The notes beneath the pieces are model-generated. The model saw only the letters and a program-made list of their open reading frames with translations, was not told the DNA's origin and made no database searches. A stretch of DNA of 64,000 bases from an uncultured Holophagae bacterium (GTDB taxonomy: Bacteria > Acidobacteriota > Thermoanaerobaculia > Thermoanaerobaculales > Sulfomarinibacteraceae), in the NCBI GenBank assembly GCA_963844865.1, contig CAWJPY010000020.1, positions 48,298 through 112,297 of the forward strand, in the 5' to 3' direction. Numbering within the stretch: position 1 is the first letter of the stretch; each line of letters opens with the position of its first letter. Positions 26,702 to 36,886 of the stretch are shown here, in pieces. The position numbers and the translations under genes are program-made.

Positions 26702-27997
26702 ATGACGCAGACGAGCGCGTTGGGCATCAACGGCCTGGGGAGGATCGGCAAGCTGGCGGTGTGGACCGAGGTGGCCGGCCGGCGCTTCGACAGACTGGTC
26801 GTGAACACCGGCCGCGGGGTGGGGCGCTCCCTCGACGCCCTGGCCCACTACCTCTCGGTGGACAGCACCTACGGCGCCTTGGGCCGATTCCTGCATGGAT
26901 GGGGTGGTGAACGGGGCTGTGTGCGCATTGCGGATCGCGACCGCCAGCTCCTGGACATCGACGGCGTGACCGTGCAGCTCCTCACCCAGCATCGCAACCC
27001 CAAGGACATCGGGTGGGCGGACCACGGGGTGCGCCTGGTGGTGGACACCACCGGCGTCTTCCGGGATCCGACCCATCCCGCGTCCCATCCGGGGGGCAGC
27101 CTGCAGGGCCACCTGGAGGCGGGGGCGCAGGCCGTGCTGGTGAGTGCCGCCTTCAAGCTCTCGGACCGCGGCGCGCGGCTCCCGGAGGAGAGCGTGATGC
27201 TGATCTACGGCATCAACCACCAGGTCTACGACCCCGCGCACCACTCCATGATCTCCGCCGCCTCGTGCACCACCACCGCCCTGGCCCACATGATGCTGCC
27301 CCTGCTCAACCACCAGCTCACCCACCAGATGCTCACCGCCTCCATGTCCACGGTCCACGCCGCCACCAACTCCCAGAGCGTGCTCGACACCGTGCCCAAG
27401 AGCGGGGCCAAGGACCTGCGCAAGAACCGGTCGGTGATGAACAACATCATCCTCACCTCCACCAACGCCGCCCAGGCGCTGGAGCAGGTGATCCCGGAGA
27501 TCTCAACCATCGGGTTCCTCGCGGACTCGGTGCGCATCCCCATCCCGACCGCCTCCCTCATCATCCTCAACTGCACCTTCCAGTCCCGCCTCGACGACTA
27601 CGGCGCCAGCCTCATCAACCGCGGTTCGGTGAACGCCATCTACGCCGACTACGCCCGCGGCCCCGAAAGCGGAGTGGTGTTCTCCAACGACCAGAACGTG
27701 TCCACCGACATGGTGGGCGAGCCGGCGGCGGTGGTCATCGAGGGCTCGGAGACCCACGCCCGGACCGGCTTCACCCACGTGGACCTGGCCGAGCTGGGGC
27801 TGAGTGCCGCCACCGGCGGCCTGGAGCGGGTGGAGGTGCCGGTCACCCACCTCAAGCTGTTCGGGTGGTACGACAACGAGCTCGGCTCCTACACCAGGCG
27901 CATGAGCCAGCTCACCCACTTCGTGGCCGAGCGCCTGGGAATCGAGACGCCCAAGAGCATCACGGCGGCAAAGCCGGTGCCAGGCACCCCGTCTTGA
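26702..27997 (+). CDS. glyceraldehyde-3-phosphate dehydrogenase-like oxidoreductase (atypical, 431 aa)
   Basis: GINGLGRIGK Rossmann motif and a catalytic-Cys region SAASCTTTALAHM. GAGGAGAAGGG precedes the ATG. The last ~8 codons and the stop lie inside X copy h. Confidence 0.7.
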   Translation: MTQTSALGINGLGRIGKLAVWTEVAGRRFDRLVVNTGRGVGRSLDALAHYLSVDSTYGALGRFLHGWGGERGCVRIADRDRQLLDIDGVTVQLLTQHRNPKDIGWADHGVRLVVDTTGVFRDPTHPASHPGGSLQGHLEAGAQAVLVSAAFKLSDRGARLPEESVMLIYGINHQVYDPAHHSMISAASCTTTALAHMMLPLLNHQLTHQMLTASMSTVHAATNSQSVLDTVPKSGAKDLRKNRSVMNNIILTSTNAAQALEQVIPEISTIGFLADSVRIPIPTASLIILNCTFQSRLDDYGASLINRGSVNAIYADYARGPESGVVFSNDQNVSTDMVGEPAAVVIEGSETHARTGFTHVDLAELGLSAATGGLERVEVPVTHLKLFGWYDNELGSYTRRMSQLTHFVAERLGIETPKSITAAKPVPGTPS

Positions 27998-28042
27998 TTT
28001 GACAGTACGCGCACCGCCTCAGCCGAAAGGGTGCCTGGCACC
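27976..28042 (+). repeat. X element copy h (subfamily 1)
   Basis: GGTGCCAGGCACC, then ccgtcttgatttgacagtacgcgcaccgcctcagccgaaag, then GGTGCCTGGCACC. Confidence 0.9.
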
Positions 28043-28053
28043 CGCTCTGGCGT

Positions 28054-28335
28054 TCAGAATTGAAACAGGAGCTTCCAGCCAACGAAGAAGACCGCCGCGT
28101 CGGCGACCACGTGCCCGACCCGCGGCGCGGAAAGGCGCAGCCGACCCCTCTCCACCAGAACGTACCAGAGAGCCGGGAAGAGCACGATCCACGCCTTGCA
28201 GGCGAGGAACGCCGCTCGGCCCAGGGAGGTGCCCGGCCACAGCGCCATGGCGGCGAGGACGCCGAAGCTGGGGACCGGGGCCAAAAGGAGGATCGCGGCC
28301 AGCGCCCGAGCCCTGCCGGCCCGTTCCCGGGGCAC
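28054..28335 (-). CDS. small membrane protein, possibly a 3'-truncated CPBP-like fragment
   Basis: ALAAILLLAPVPSFGVLAAMALWPG..ACKAWIVLFPALWYVLVERGRLRL. It ends abruptly 12 nt from X copy h. The GTG start is a guess. Confidence 0.3.
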   Translation of the reverse strand: MPRERAGRARALAAILLLAPVPSFGVLAAMALWPGTSLGRAAFLACKAWIVLFPALWYVLVERGRLRLSAPRVGHVVADAAVFFVGWKLLFQF

Positions 28336-28349
28336 GTTGCCGGCGGTGC

Positions 28350-29136
28350 TCAGTCGGCCTCCTCGAACAGCGTGGGGGGCAGGGTGGAGGGGCGCGTCAC
28401 CTTCTCGTCGGCGAACACCACGGTGATGGTGCGGAATCGATCGCCGCCCCACTGGCCCTCCGAGAGCAGCCAGCCGCGCACGAACTCGGCCAGCCGTCGG
28501 CGGCAGGTCTCACGCACGAGGTCGATGGTGTCGGGGTCGGCGGCGCGGCGGCTCAAGAGCTCTGGTGAGGCTGCGCTCCAGGTCGGCCATCCGCTCGTCG
28601 GCGTCGAAGCGCAACCACCCGCTCTCACTGTGCTTCTCCAGCCCGGCCGTGTCGATGGCCGGGGGCAGGGTGGGCCGGATGGGGGGGGCCCGGACCAGGC
28701 AGCGGTGGTCATGTACCGTCAGACGCCAGGGTTCGTCGAGCCGGATGTGATAGCGGTAGGTCACCGGGACCCGGATCTCCGAGGTGGTCGTGCCCAGGGG
28801 GAGCAGGTCGAAGAGCACGCGACGGTCGTCGGATCGGGTGAAGGTCTCGGTGGCTTGGACCGCGGTGAGCTCCAGCTTGGTGCCGCCGGACACCAGGTGG
28901 GGCAGGGAGGCGATGAAGGTGGTGGTGATGGTCCCGGTCCGGAACCGGGCCGCGACGTCCGCCGCCTCCTCGGACACCGCCTTCGCGCCCGTTGCGAACA
29001 TGCCGCAGGCCTGCTGGACCGCCAGGTAACCGAGGACGGCGAGCAGCATTCCCACCAGCGGCCAACGCCAGGCGTGCAGTGCAACGTGTCGCCGGGGCGG
29101 CCGCGGCTCCGGCGTGGGTGACGGGCCCGAGCTCAT
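28350..29136 (-). CDS. membrane-anchored hypothetical protein (DUF4230-like guess), one frameshift near 28560
   Basis: The 208-aa ORF (TM WPLVGMLLAVLGYLAV..) continues in another frame as ..DPDTIDLVRETCRRRLAEFVRGWLLSEGQWG..VVFADE. Confidence 0.5.
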
Positions 29137-29170
29137 GATGGAACCATGGTACCCGTACGGCCCGGTTCCG

Positions 29171-29265
29171 CGACAGCGTCAGCGAGCAGGGGCAGCGAGC
29201 AGGGTCGGCCACGGCGGCAGTCATCAGCGACGGCGTTCGGCGGCAGCGTCCGCGGCAGCGAACAG
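29171..29265. repeat. Z arm (CAGCG sense)
   Basis: cgacagcgtcagcgagcaggggcagcgagc..catcagcgacggcg..ggcagcgtccgcggcagcgaac. Confidence 0.6.
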
Positions 29266-29307
29266 AGGCGGTGGTCGGCATGTCCACTCACGGGCAAGGT
29301 CAGACGG

Positions 29308-29373
29308 GGTGCCAGGCAGCATTCGGGTGAATCGATGTGCGTGCTGTCGAATCAAGACGGGGTGCCAGGCACC
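29308..29373 (-). repeat. X element copy i (subfamily 1, reverse)
   Basis: GGTGCCAGGCAgc, then attcgggtgaatcgatgtgcgtgctgtcgaatcaagacgg, then GGTGCCAGGCACC. Confidence 0.8.
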
Positions 29374-29477
29374 CGGTCTGGTGCTCGCGAAGCACCTCCC
29401 TCGGGTGCGACGCTGTCTGATCCCCCGCTGTAGGCCTCGACGGGGGGCGCCCGGCCGCGGCTGTGGCGGGTGAGAGG

Positions 29478-30339
29478 CTACAGGTTGTCGGCCAGGAAGC
29501 GCACCGTCTCCTGCCACGCCTCGGCCGCCGCCTTGGGGTCGTAGTTGCGCCCGGACGGATTGGCGAAGGCGTGTCCCGCATCGGGGTAGACGATGATGGT
29601 GGCGTCCTTGCCGAGGTCGTGGAGCGTGTCCTCGAAGCGTCGGACCTCGGCCGGCGGGATGCTCTGGTCCCGGCCGCCGAAGAAGCCCAGGATGGGCATT
29701 TCGAGCGTTGCGAGCTCGCTCGCGGTCGGTGACCAGGCTGCCGTAGTAGATGATGACGGCGGCCAGGGTGCGCGGCATGGCGAGGGCGGTGCGCAGGGAC
29801 CAGCCGCCGCCGAAGCACCAGCCGATGCTCGCCACCTTCGGCGCCCCGACGTCGTTGGCCAGGTAGCCGTAGGCCTGACGGAGGTTGGAGAGCGCCTGCG
29901 GTGGGTGGTCGTTGGCCGCCATGGCCAGCTCGCGGGCGGCTGCGGGCTCCTCAGCGGTGCGGCCTCCGTACAGGTCCACCGCCAGCGCCGCGTAGCCTTC
30001 GCCGGCGAGGCGCCGGGTCATGGCACGGATGTTGTCGTTGAGCCCCCACCACTCGTGGATGACGAGGAGGCCGGGCAGGTCCTCGGCTCCCTGCTCGGGG
30101 CGGGCCAGATAGCCCTTCACGGACTGCCCGTCCACGGTGGCGTAGACGACCGTCTCGCCGGTCACCGGCACTGCCGGGGCGGCCTCGGAGACGGGGTTGG
30201 CCACCGGTGCGTCGCCCCGGTGCTCCCGGGCCATGCGCTCCACAGTCTCGTTCTGGTTGTCGCCGTCGTCGCCGGCGCCGGCCGACCCGGTCCACATGAG
30301 GGCCAGTGCGACGAGCCCGATCGTGATGGTCTCCATCAT
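29478..30339 (-). CDS. dienelactone hydrolase family protein with signal peptide, one frameshift near 29730
   Basis: MMETITIGLVALALMWTGSAGA..LLVIHEWWGLNDNIR..IGWCFGG, then in a new frame MPILGFFGGRDQSIP..YPDAGHAFANP. Confidence 0.75.
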
Positions 30340-30407
30340 GGTCGTCCTCCGCTTCGCTTGGACGCCCACGACAACAGCGGTCGCGTCGCGTCTGTTCCGC
30401 AGGGAGG

Positions 30408-31516
30408 TCAGGCGAAGTCGCGCAGCCGCACCGGCAGCCGGCGCGGCCCCAGCGGCCGGGCGGGGCGTCGAAGCGGCCGGCGCAGGGCGTGCCGCAGCTG
30501 CGGCAGCGGCCGTCGTCGGTCGAGGTTCCAGTGGCAGAGCTCGTACCAGTCGCGGCCGATCAGCAGCTCGCCGCAGTCGTGGCAGTAGGTGCTGCCGCCG
30601 GCCGGGTCGTGGACGTTGCCGGTGTAGGCGTAGCGGACGCCGTTGCGCCATGGCGATGCGCGCGGGCGCGGGTCAGCGTCGCCGGCGGCGTCGGCGGGAT
30701 GTCCCGCATCTTGTAGTCGGGGTGGAAGGCGGTGAAGTGCAGCGGCACGTCCGGGCCCGAGCTCGTCGACGACCCAGCGGGTCATCGCGTCGAGCTCCGC
30801 GTCGGAGTCGTTCTCGCCGGGGATCAGCAGCGTGGTGATCTCGAGCCAGACGTCGGTCTCGTGCGTCAGGTAGCCAGGGTGTCGAGCACCGGCTGCGAGG
30901 CTGGCCGCCGCAGATCTGCTGGTAGAAGCGCTCGGTGAACGCCTTGAGGTCGACGTTGGCGGCGTCCATGTGGGCGATAGAACTCGCGCCCGCGGCTCGG
31001 CGCAGATCGTAGCCGGCGGTGACCGCCACCGTCGTTGATGCCCCGCTCGCGGCAGGCCTGCGCGACGTCGACGGCGTACTCGAGGAAGATCACCGGGTCG
31101 TTGTAGGTGAAGGCGACGCTGCGGCAGCCGAGCTGCTCGCGCGGCGCGGGCGATGGTCTCCGGGCGCGGCCTGCGTCGGCCAGGGTGTCCATCTCGCGCG
31201 ACTTGGAGATGTCCCAGTTCTGGCAGAACTTGCAGGCCAGGTTGCAGCCGGCGGTGCCGAAGGAGAGCACCGGCGTGCCGGGCAGGAAGTGGTTGAGCGG
31301 CTTCTTCTCGATCGGGATCGACGCAGAAGCCGCTGGAGCGGCCGTAGGTGGTCAGCACGATCTGCGTCGCCCTCGCGCGCGCGCACGAAGCACAGGCCGC
31401 GCTGGCCGTCGCTGCAGCTGGCACAGCCGCGGGCAGACGTCGCACTGGACGCGGCCGTCCTCCAGGCGGTGCCAGTAGCGCGTGGGGTGCAGGTCGATGT
31501 TGGTGTCGGTAGCCAT
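30408..31516 (-). pseudogene. amrS: AmmeMemoRadiSam system radical SAM enzyme, at least ten frame changes
   Basis: Conserved blocks are scattered over all three minus frames: [170 protein letters not shown] and [28 protein letters not shown]. Confidence 0.8.
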
Positions 31517-31664
31517 GCTCGTTCCCCGGGGGCACCGAGGTCCGCTCTCGCGCAACTGGACGACGCCGGGTCCCGATTCCCTCGTTTCACCACACGCCCA
31601 CGTCGGCTCACGCGGCCACTCACCGACCGCCGCCACTGCCGTGGTCGCCGACGCCGCCCGCTGG

Positions 31665-32977
31665 TCAGGAGGAGGAACTCTCCGGTGCCGCCATGATCGT
31701 GCCCCGGACCTCGCCGAAGCCGATCCGCACGCCGTCCTTCTCCGCCGCCATCCTGTCATGACCACGGTGTCGCCGTCCTGGAGGAACTTCCGGGTGCCGC
31801 CCCCGGGGAGCGGATGGGCTTGGTGCCCGCGCCAGGTGAGCTCGAGCAGGTTCCGAGGTAACCGGCGGTCGGGCCGGAGATCGTGCCCGAGGCTAGGAGG
31901 TCGCCGGGGCGCAGGTTGCAGCCGTTGACGGTCATGGTGGGCGAGCTGCTGGAACACGCTCCAGTACATGTGCCGGAAGTTGGAGGTGGCGATCCGGCGC
32001 CGGGCCTCGTCCATGCGCTCGGCTCTGGAGCCACACCTCGAGGTGGATGTCGTAGGCGCCGTCGCCCCGGCCGGGCGCAGGTAGGGGAGGGGCTCGGGAT
32101 CCTGCGCCGGCCCTGCGGTCCGGAAGGGCTCCAGGGCGTCCATGGTCACGACCCAGGGCGAGATGGAGGTGGCGAAGCTCTTGGCCAGGAAGGGCCCGAG
32201 CGGGGACGTACTCCCACTTCTGGATGTCCCGCGCGACCAGTCGTTGACCAGGACCATGCCGAAGATGTGCTCCTCGGCATGCGGCGATGGGCACGGGGTC
32301 TCCGAGCGGGGTTGCCGGGACCGACGAAGAAGCCCATCTCGAGCTCGAAGTCCAGGAGGCGGCTCGGCCCGAAGCACCGGGGCCTCGGCCTCGTCGGGGC
32401 GTGTCTGGCCCCAGGGGCCGGCGGACGCCGCGTGCCGCTGAGACCACGATGGAGCTGGACCGGCCGTGGTAGCCCACGGGGAGATGGCAGCCAGTTGGGC
32501 AGGAGCGCGTTGTCCGGCCCCCGGAACATGGTACCCACGTTGGTGGCGTGCTCGCGGGAGCGAGTAGAAGTCGGTGTAGTCGCCGATGCTCGCGGGCGGC
32601 AACAGCTCGACCGATGCGGTGCGCCACAGGGCCGCGTCGCGCAGACCCTCGTCGTCGCGCAGCCGAGGTTCATCGGCGCGCAGCAGCCGGGTAAGGGTGG
32701 CGCGAGCCTCGCGCCAGGCGGGGCGCCCCAGCTCCATGAAGGCGTTGAGGGAGTCCTCGTGGAAGACCCGGCTTCCCGCCAGCGAAGGACCGTCGAAGAG
32801 CCGGCTCTCGGCCAGGACGGCCAGGTCGAGGACGCAGTCGCCGATGGCCACGCCGACCCTGGGGATGGACGCGACCCGTGGCCGGAAGACCCCGAACGGC
32901 AGGTTCTGGATGGGGAAGTGGCTGTCCGGGGGGACGTCCACGAAGGAGCGCGCGCTGGAGTCGTGTTGGGTCACCAT
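31665..32977 (-). pseudogene. fumarylacetoacetase (FahA-like), at least eight frame changes
   Basis: Blocks in different frames: [179 protein letters not shown] and GVRIGFGEVRGTI. Confidence 0.8.
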
Positions 32978-33001
32978 AGATATGCCTCTTCCCGGGGTCG
33001 G

Positions 33002-33960
33002 TCAGCCGCCGACCAGCCCCATGTCGCGCAAGTGGTCGCGGGGTTCGCTGAACGAGCAGCTGCCGAACGAGGTGACGGCGCGCTGCCGGCCTTCTCGGAT
33101 GGCGGCGACGTCCACCGTCAGGTCCCGCCAGCGCACCTCGCTGTCGGAGAACGCGAAGGCGGCAGGGTCGTCGTCTCCGATGACGGCGGTGAGCGCTTCG
33201 GCGTCGAGCCCGTGCCGGCGCGCGAGCAGTCCGGCAACGAACAGGTTGAGGAAGCCGTGCCCCGCGACCTCGAGCACCGGGTCGACATGGCGCAGCGGAT
33301 GGTGGAGCCCCTGGGTGGCCTTGAGGGGGATGCCGGCGTCGCGGCAGGCCGCCAAGGCGGCGGCCACCGCCTCGGTGGTCGGAACCGCCGCGGCATCGGC
33401 GCCGCCGCAGCGGATCTTGAGGCCCACCGGCGTGCCCTCGCGCGCGCTGTCGGCGACGGCTTCGACGGCGGCGGGCACGCGTTCCTTCCAGTCGCCGAGC
33501 AGGGAGGCCTCGAAGTAGGCGGTGGGAGGGACCTCCCCGAGCTCACGGGTGAGACGCTGGGTGTCGCGGACGACCTCGCCGAGCGTCGCTGGGCCGCCGG
33601 TCGGCGGCAGGCGGGCTTCGAGCTGGTCGCATCGGGCGCGGCCGTGGGCCTTCTCGAGGAACCACCCGACGGACTCGAGGTCGGCGGCGGTGGCGGTGCA
33701 GAACGCTTCCCCGGTCTCTCCGCCCCGGCCGAGGACCGCGAGCGGGACCACCGGTTCGCGGTCATCCAGATTCGCCAGGAGGGCTGCCAGCTCCTCGAGA
33801 CGGCCGGCCGGGCACACGAAGCACGCCAGGAGCCAACCGCTCGGTCCTCGGCGATGCTCGAGGTAGCGCTCGAAGGCCTCCTCGAGGGGCAGCCGGGCAG
33901 GAGGAAAGAGCCCCGCGTAGTCGATGATTTCGGCCAGCAAGGCCTTGGCGCTCATGTGCA
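33002..33960 (-). CDS. conserved hypothetical protein
   Basis: The ORF is intact. Start at ATG 33960 or 33954 (MHMSAKALLAEI..). No motif that I can name. Confidence 0.5.
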
Positions 33961-34084
33961 TCGGTCGCTCCCCGGACGAGCCCGCATCCCCCGCCGGAGG
34001 GCCCCGGACCGACCAGCCCGTCCCGTTGATTCCACACAGGGAAGTGAAAAACGGAAGGCGCAAATTCCCCCGCCGCGCGGACGT

Positions 34085-34777
34085 TCAGGGGGGTGGAAGG
34101 CGTGAGCGGAGCGGGCGGATGCCCGCGATGGTCGCCCACCTCAGGGGGTAGCGCATGGCTCCCCCTCCCACCTGCTGGGTGACCCGCAGCCCGTCCGACG
34201 TCACCGCGTCAAGGACGACCCGTCGGCTCGTCCCGTCGGTCAGGTCCAGCATCACCGTCTCCCCCAGGTGGTCGCCCGCTTCGTCGAAGGGAATGACGTG
34301 GGGAGTCGGGCTCGGATCCGCGTGGTCGACAGAGGATTCCCGATGGGGGGACGGGCCGGGCGTCGGCGGAGGTGAGGGGAGCACCGTGGGGACCGCCGGC
34401 TCTGCAGAAGCGACGGATGGGGCCCGAGTGATCCCGGTCTCGTCGACGGTGACGCGGGCCGCGTCGGCCGCCTGCTGCCGGGACGGCGGGTTGTAGTCGT
34501 CGAGCTCGGCCACGGCGTTCGTCGCCAACGACCCGGCCAGCAGGAAGCTGCCGACCCCCGAGATCACCCAGCCCGAAACGGAGAGCAGAAAGCCGGCCCG
34601 TGCCTCGGGCCAGTACTTGACCAGGAACACCACCAGTGGAATCACCAGCCACGAGAGGAAGAGGACGGCGAGACCCCAGCCGACGCTGATCCGGAACGCC
34701 ACCGTGACGACGACGAGGAAACCCGCCAACGCCGCCAGCCCTCCGACGGCGATCAGCATGTAACTGGCTGTCTCCAT
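34085..34777 (-). CDS. hypothetical membrane protein with a Pro-rich linker
   Basis: METASYMLIAVGGLAALAGFLVVV.. has four hydrophobic helices, then PSPPPTPGPSP and a soluble C-terminal domain. Confidence 0.5.
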   Translation of the reverse strand: METASYMLIAVGGLAALAGFLVVVTVAFRISVGWGLAVLFLSWLVIPLVVFLVKYWPEARAGFLLSVSGWVISGVGSFLLAGSLATNAVAELDDYNPPSRQQAADAARVTVDETGITRAPSVASAEPAVPTVLPSPPPTPGPSPHRESSVDHADPSPTPHVIPFDEAGDHLGETVMLDLTDGTSRRVVLDAVTSDGLRVTQQVGGGAMRYPLRWATIAGIRPLRSRLPPP

Positions 34778-35077
34778 GGGTCCGCTCCCTGTCTCGTGGG
34801 CGACCACTTGTTGGCGTCGGCGGCGAGCGCCGCGGCCCTCGCTGTGCTCTCTTTGGACGACGCAATGGCCGCCACGCCCAGCGACCTCGCGCGTCCCCGC
34901 AGTGTCCCGCTCGTCTCAGTGTACCGAACTCGAATCGGTCTCGGGACGGGGGGTTGTGATCGTGGTCCGATGCCCGCGCCACAGGATGGGGGCGAGGGGA
35001 CCGGTGCTCGCGGTGGCCCCGCTCCACGGGAGGCCGTGGCTCGCTGCCCGGACGGAGGTTCGAGAATCGGTCATAGT

Positions 35078-36724
35078 ATGATGCGTACCCAGCATCGTGG
35101 CGCCGGGGAAGCGAAGAGGAGATCTTCTGTGAGCTCGAGACGTTCCGGTGGTGATGACGTGGCCTGCCTCATCGCGAGCGGGGGCCTGGGGCAGTTGTCG
35201 GCGGCCGACGATCCGCGTCTGGTCGCCGGCGCCCTCAGCTCGTCCCTGCTGGCGATGTGCGTGGTCGACGGCGGACGACGATTGCAGTTCGTCAGTGGCG
35301 CCCTGCTGCGGATGTGGGGATACAGCGAGCCGGACCAGGTGCTCGGGCGCCGTTTCGAAGAGTTCGTCCGGGAGGGTGACCACGCGCCCATATGGGCTCT
35401 TCTCGAGCTCAACGGAGAGGCTCACGGTGACCTCCCCGCGCTCCGCGCGGACGGTTCGGTGTTCTCGGTGGAGTACATGGCGCGGCTGGTCCGCAGCTCC
35501 GACGGCGAGGTTCTGTACGCCATCGCGACCTTCCTCGACGTGACCGAGGACCGGAGGGCCGAGGAGCAGCTCCGACTTGCCCAGCGCATGGAGGCTGTCG
35601 GTCAGCTCGCGGCGGGCGTGGCCCATGACTTCAACAACCTGTTGATGGCCATCTCCAGTCACGCTGATCTCTTGCGGATGAAGCTGGCGCCCGACGCCCC
35701 TTTGGGTCGTCACATTGCCGAGATCAAGGATGCCACCGTGCGAGCCGCGAAGCTGGTGGACAAGATGCTGGCCTACGGCAAGCGACAGATCATGCGGCCG
35801 GAGGAGCTCGACCTGAACACGGTCATCCGTGGGCTGGAGGAGCGGTGCAGACCGATTCTCGGCGACCGGGTCGAATTGGTCCTCGAGCTCGAGGACGATG
35901 TGGGTACGGTCCGGGCTGATCGTCGACAGCTCGAGCTGGTCGTGATGAACCTGGTGGAGAACGCGTGCGACGCCATGCCTTCCGGCGGGAGCATTCGCAT
36001 CAGCACCGCCAAGGCCGGCGATGACAACCACGGAGCGGGCGCCGCGCGCGGGAACGCAGGAGCACGATGCGCCGTCGTCGAGGTGAGGGACGACGGAGAG
36101 GGCATGGACGAGTACGACCTGGCACACGCGTTCGAGCCGTTCTTCACCACTCGTCCCCCGGGTACCGGGCACAGCGGGCTCGGTCTGGCGCAGGTGTGGG
36201 GAACGGTGGAGCAGACCGGCGGCAGCGTCAACCTCGAGAGCTCGAGCGGGGAAGGCACCACCGTCCGCGTCGTGCTGCCCCTGGTCGCTCCTGCGGTGGA
36301 GGAGTCTGATCGGCGGTTGGCTGCGGCCGACGCGTTGCAGACCATCCTGGTCGTGGAAGATGACGAGCGGGTCCGGGCGGCTCTGCGGGAGTCCCTGGAC
36401 GAGCTCGGGTACGAGGTGCTGGAGGCGGGGGACGGCGATGAGGCGGTCCGCGTGGCGGACGGCTGGACAGGGGCCATCGACGCCCTCGTCACCGACCTCA
36501 TCATGCCCGGCATGCCGGTGCAGGAGATGGTGGCCCACATGAGGCAGCGGCGACCCGACCTGCCCGTGCTGTGCATCACCGCCTATCGGGGACAGCAGGG
36601 CAGTCAGGCGGTGGTTGGCGGTTCGCGCTCGGCGGTGCTCCTGAAGCCGTTCTCCCTCAGCGACCTGTCGCGCAGCCTCCGCGGGCTGATCGCCGACGCC
36701 GGGGCGGCGAGCCCCGAGAGATGA
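35078..36724 (+). CDS. hybrid sensor histidine kinase (PAS, HisKA, HATPase_c, receiver)
   Basis: H-box AAGVAHDFNNLLMAI, DDGEGMD, GTGHSGLGLAQV, and receiver ILVVEDDERVR..DLIMPGMP..LLKPF. Confidence 0.85.
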   Translation: MMRTQHRGAGEAKRRSSVSSRRSGGDDVACLIASGGLGQLSAADDPRLVAGALSSSLLAMCVVDGGRRLQFVSGALLRMWGYSEPDQVLGRRFEEFVREGDHAPIWALLELNGEAHGDLPALRADGSVFSVEYMARLVRSSDGEVLYAIATFLDVTEDRRAEEQLRLAQRMEAVGQLAAGVAHDFNNLLMAISSHADLLRMKLAPDAPLGRHIAEIKDATVRAAKLVDKMLAYGKRQIMRPEELDLNTVIRGLEERCRPILGDRVELVLELEDDVGTVRADRRQLELVVMNLVENACDAMPSGGSIRISTAKAGDDNHGAGAARGNAGARCAVVEVRDDGEGMDEYDLAHAFEPFFTTRPPGTGHSGLGLAQVWGTVEQTGGSVNLESSSGEGTTVRVVLPLVAPAVEESDRRLAAADALQTILVVEDDERVRAALRESLDELGYEVLEAGDGDEAVRVADGWTGAIDALVTDLIMPGMPVQEMVAHMRQRRPDLPVLCITAYRGQQGSQAVVGGSRSAVLLKPFSLSDLSRSLRGLIADAGAASPER

Positions 36725-36886
36725 CCGGGACGGTCCGACGGCGCGTCCAGGGCGACCGCTGGCGGTCGTTGGTCGATCAATATCCTCTCGCCGTGGTACC
36801 AAGGGGACGATGGCAGCTACCGCACGGCGCCGAAGGAACGCGGCGTGATCGACCGGTGGCATGCTGGGGAGGGACGTGAGACGACA

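Noticed and set aside
30408-32977. Programmed ribosomal frameshifting or recoding as an explanation for the multi-frame genes.
   Set aside because: There are far too many switches per gene (about 10 or more), in both directions. I saw no slippery heptamers or stimulatory structures. Local consensus error or decay is the simpler explanation.
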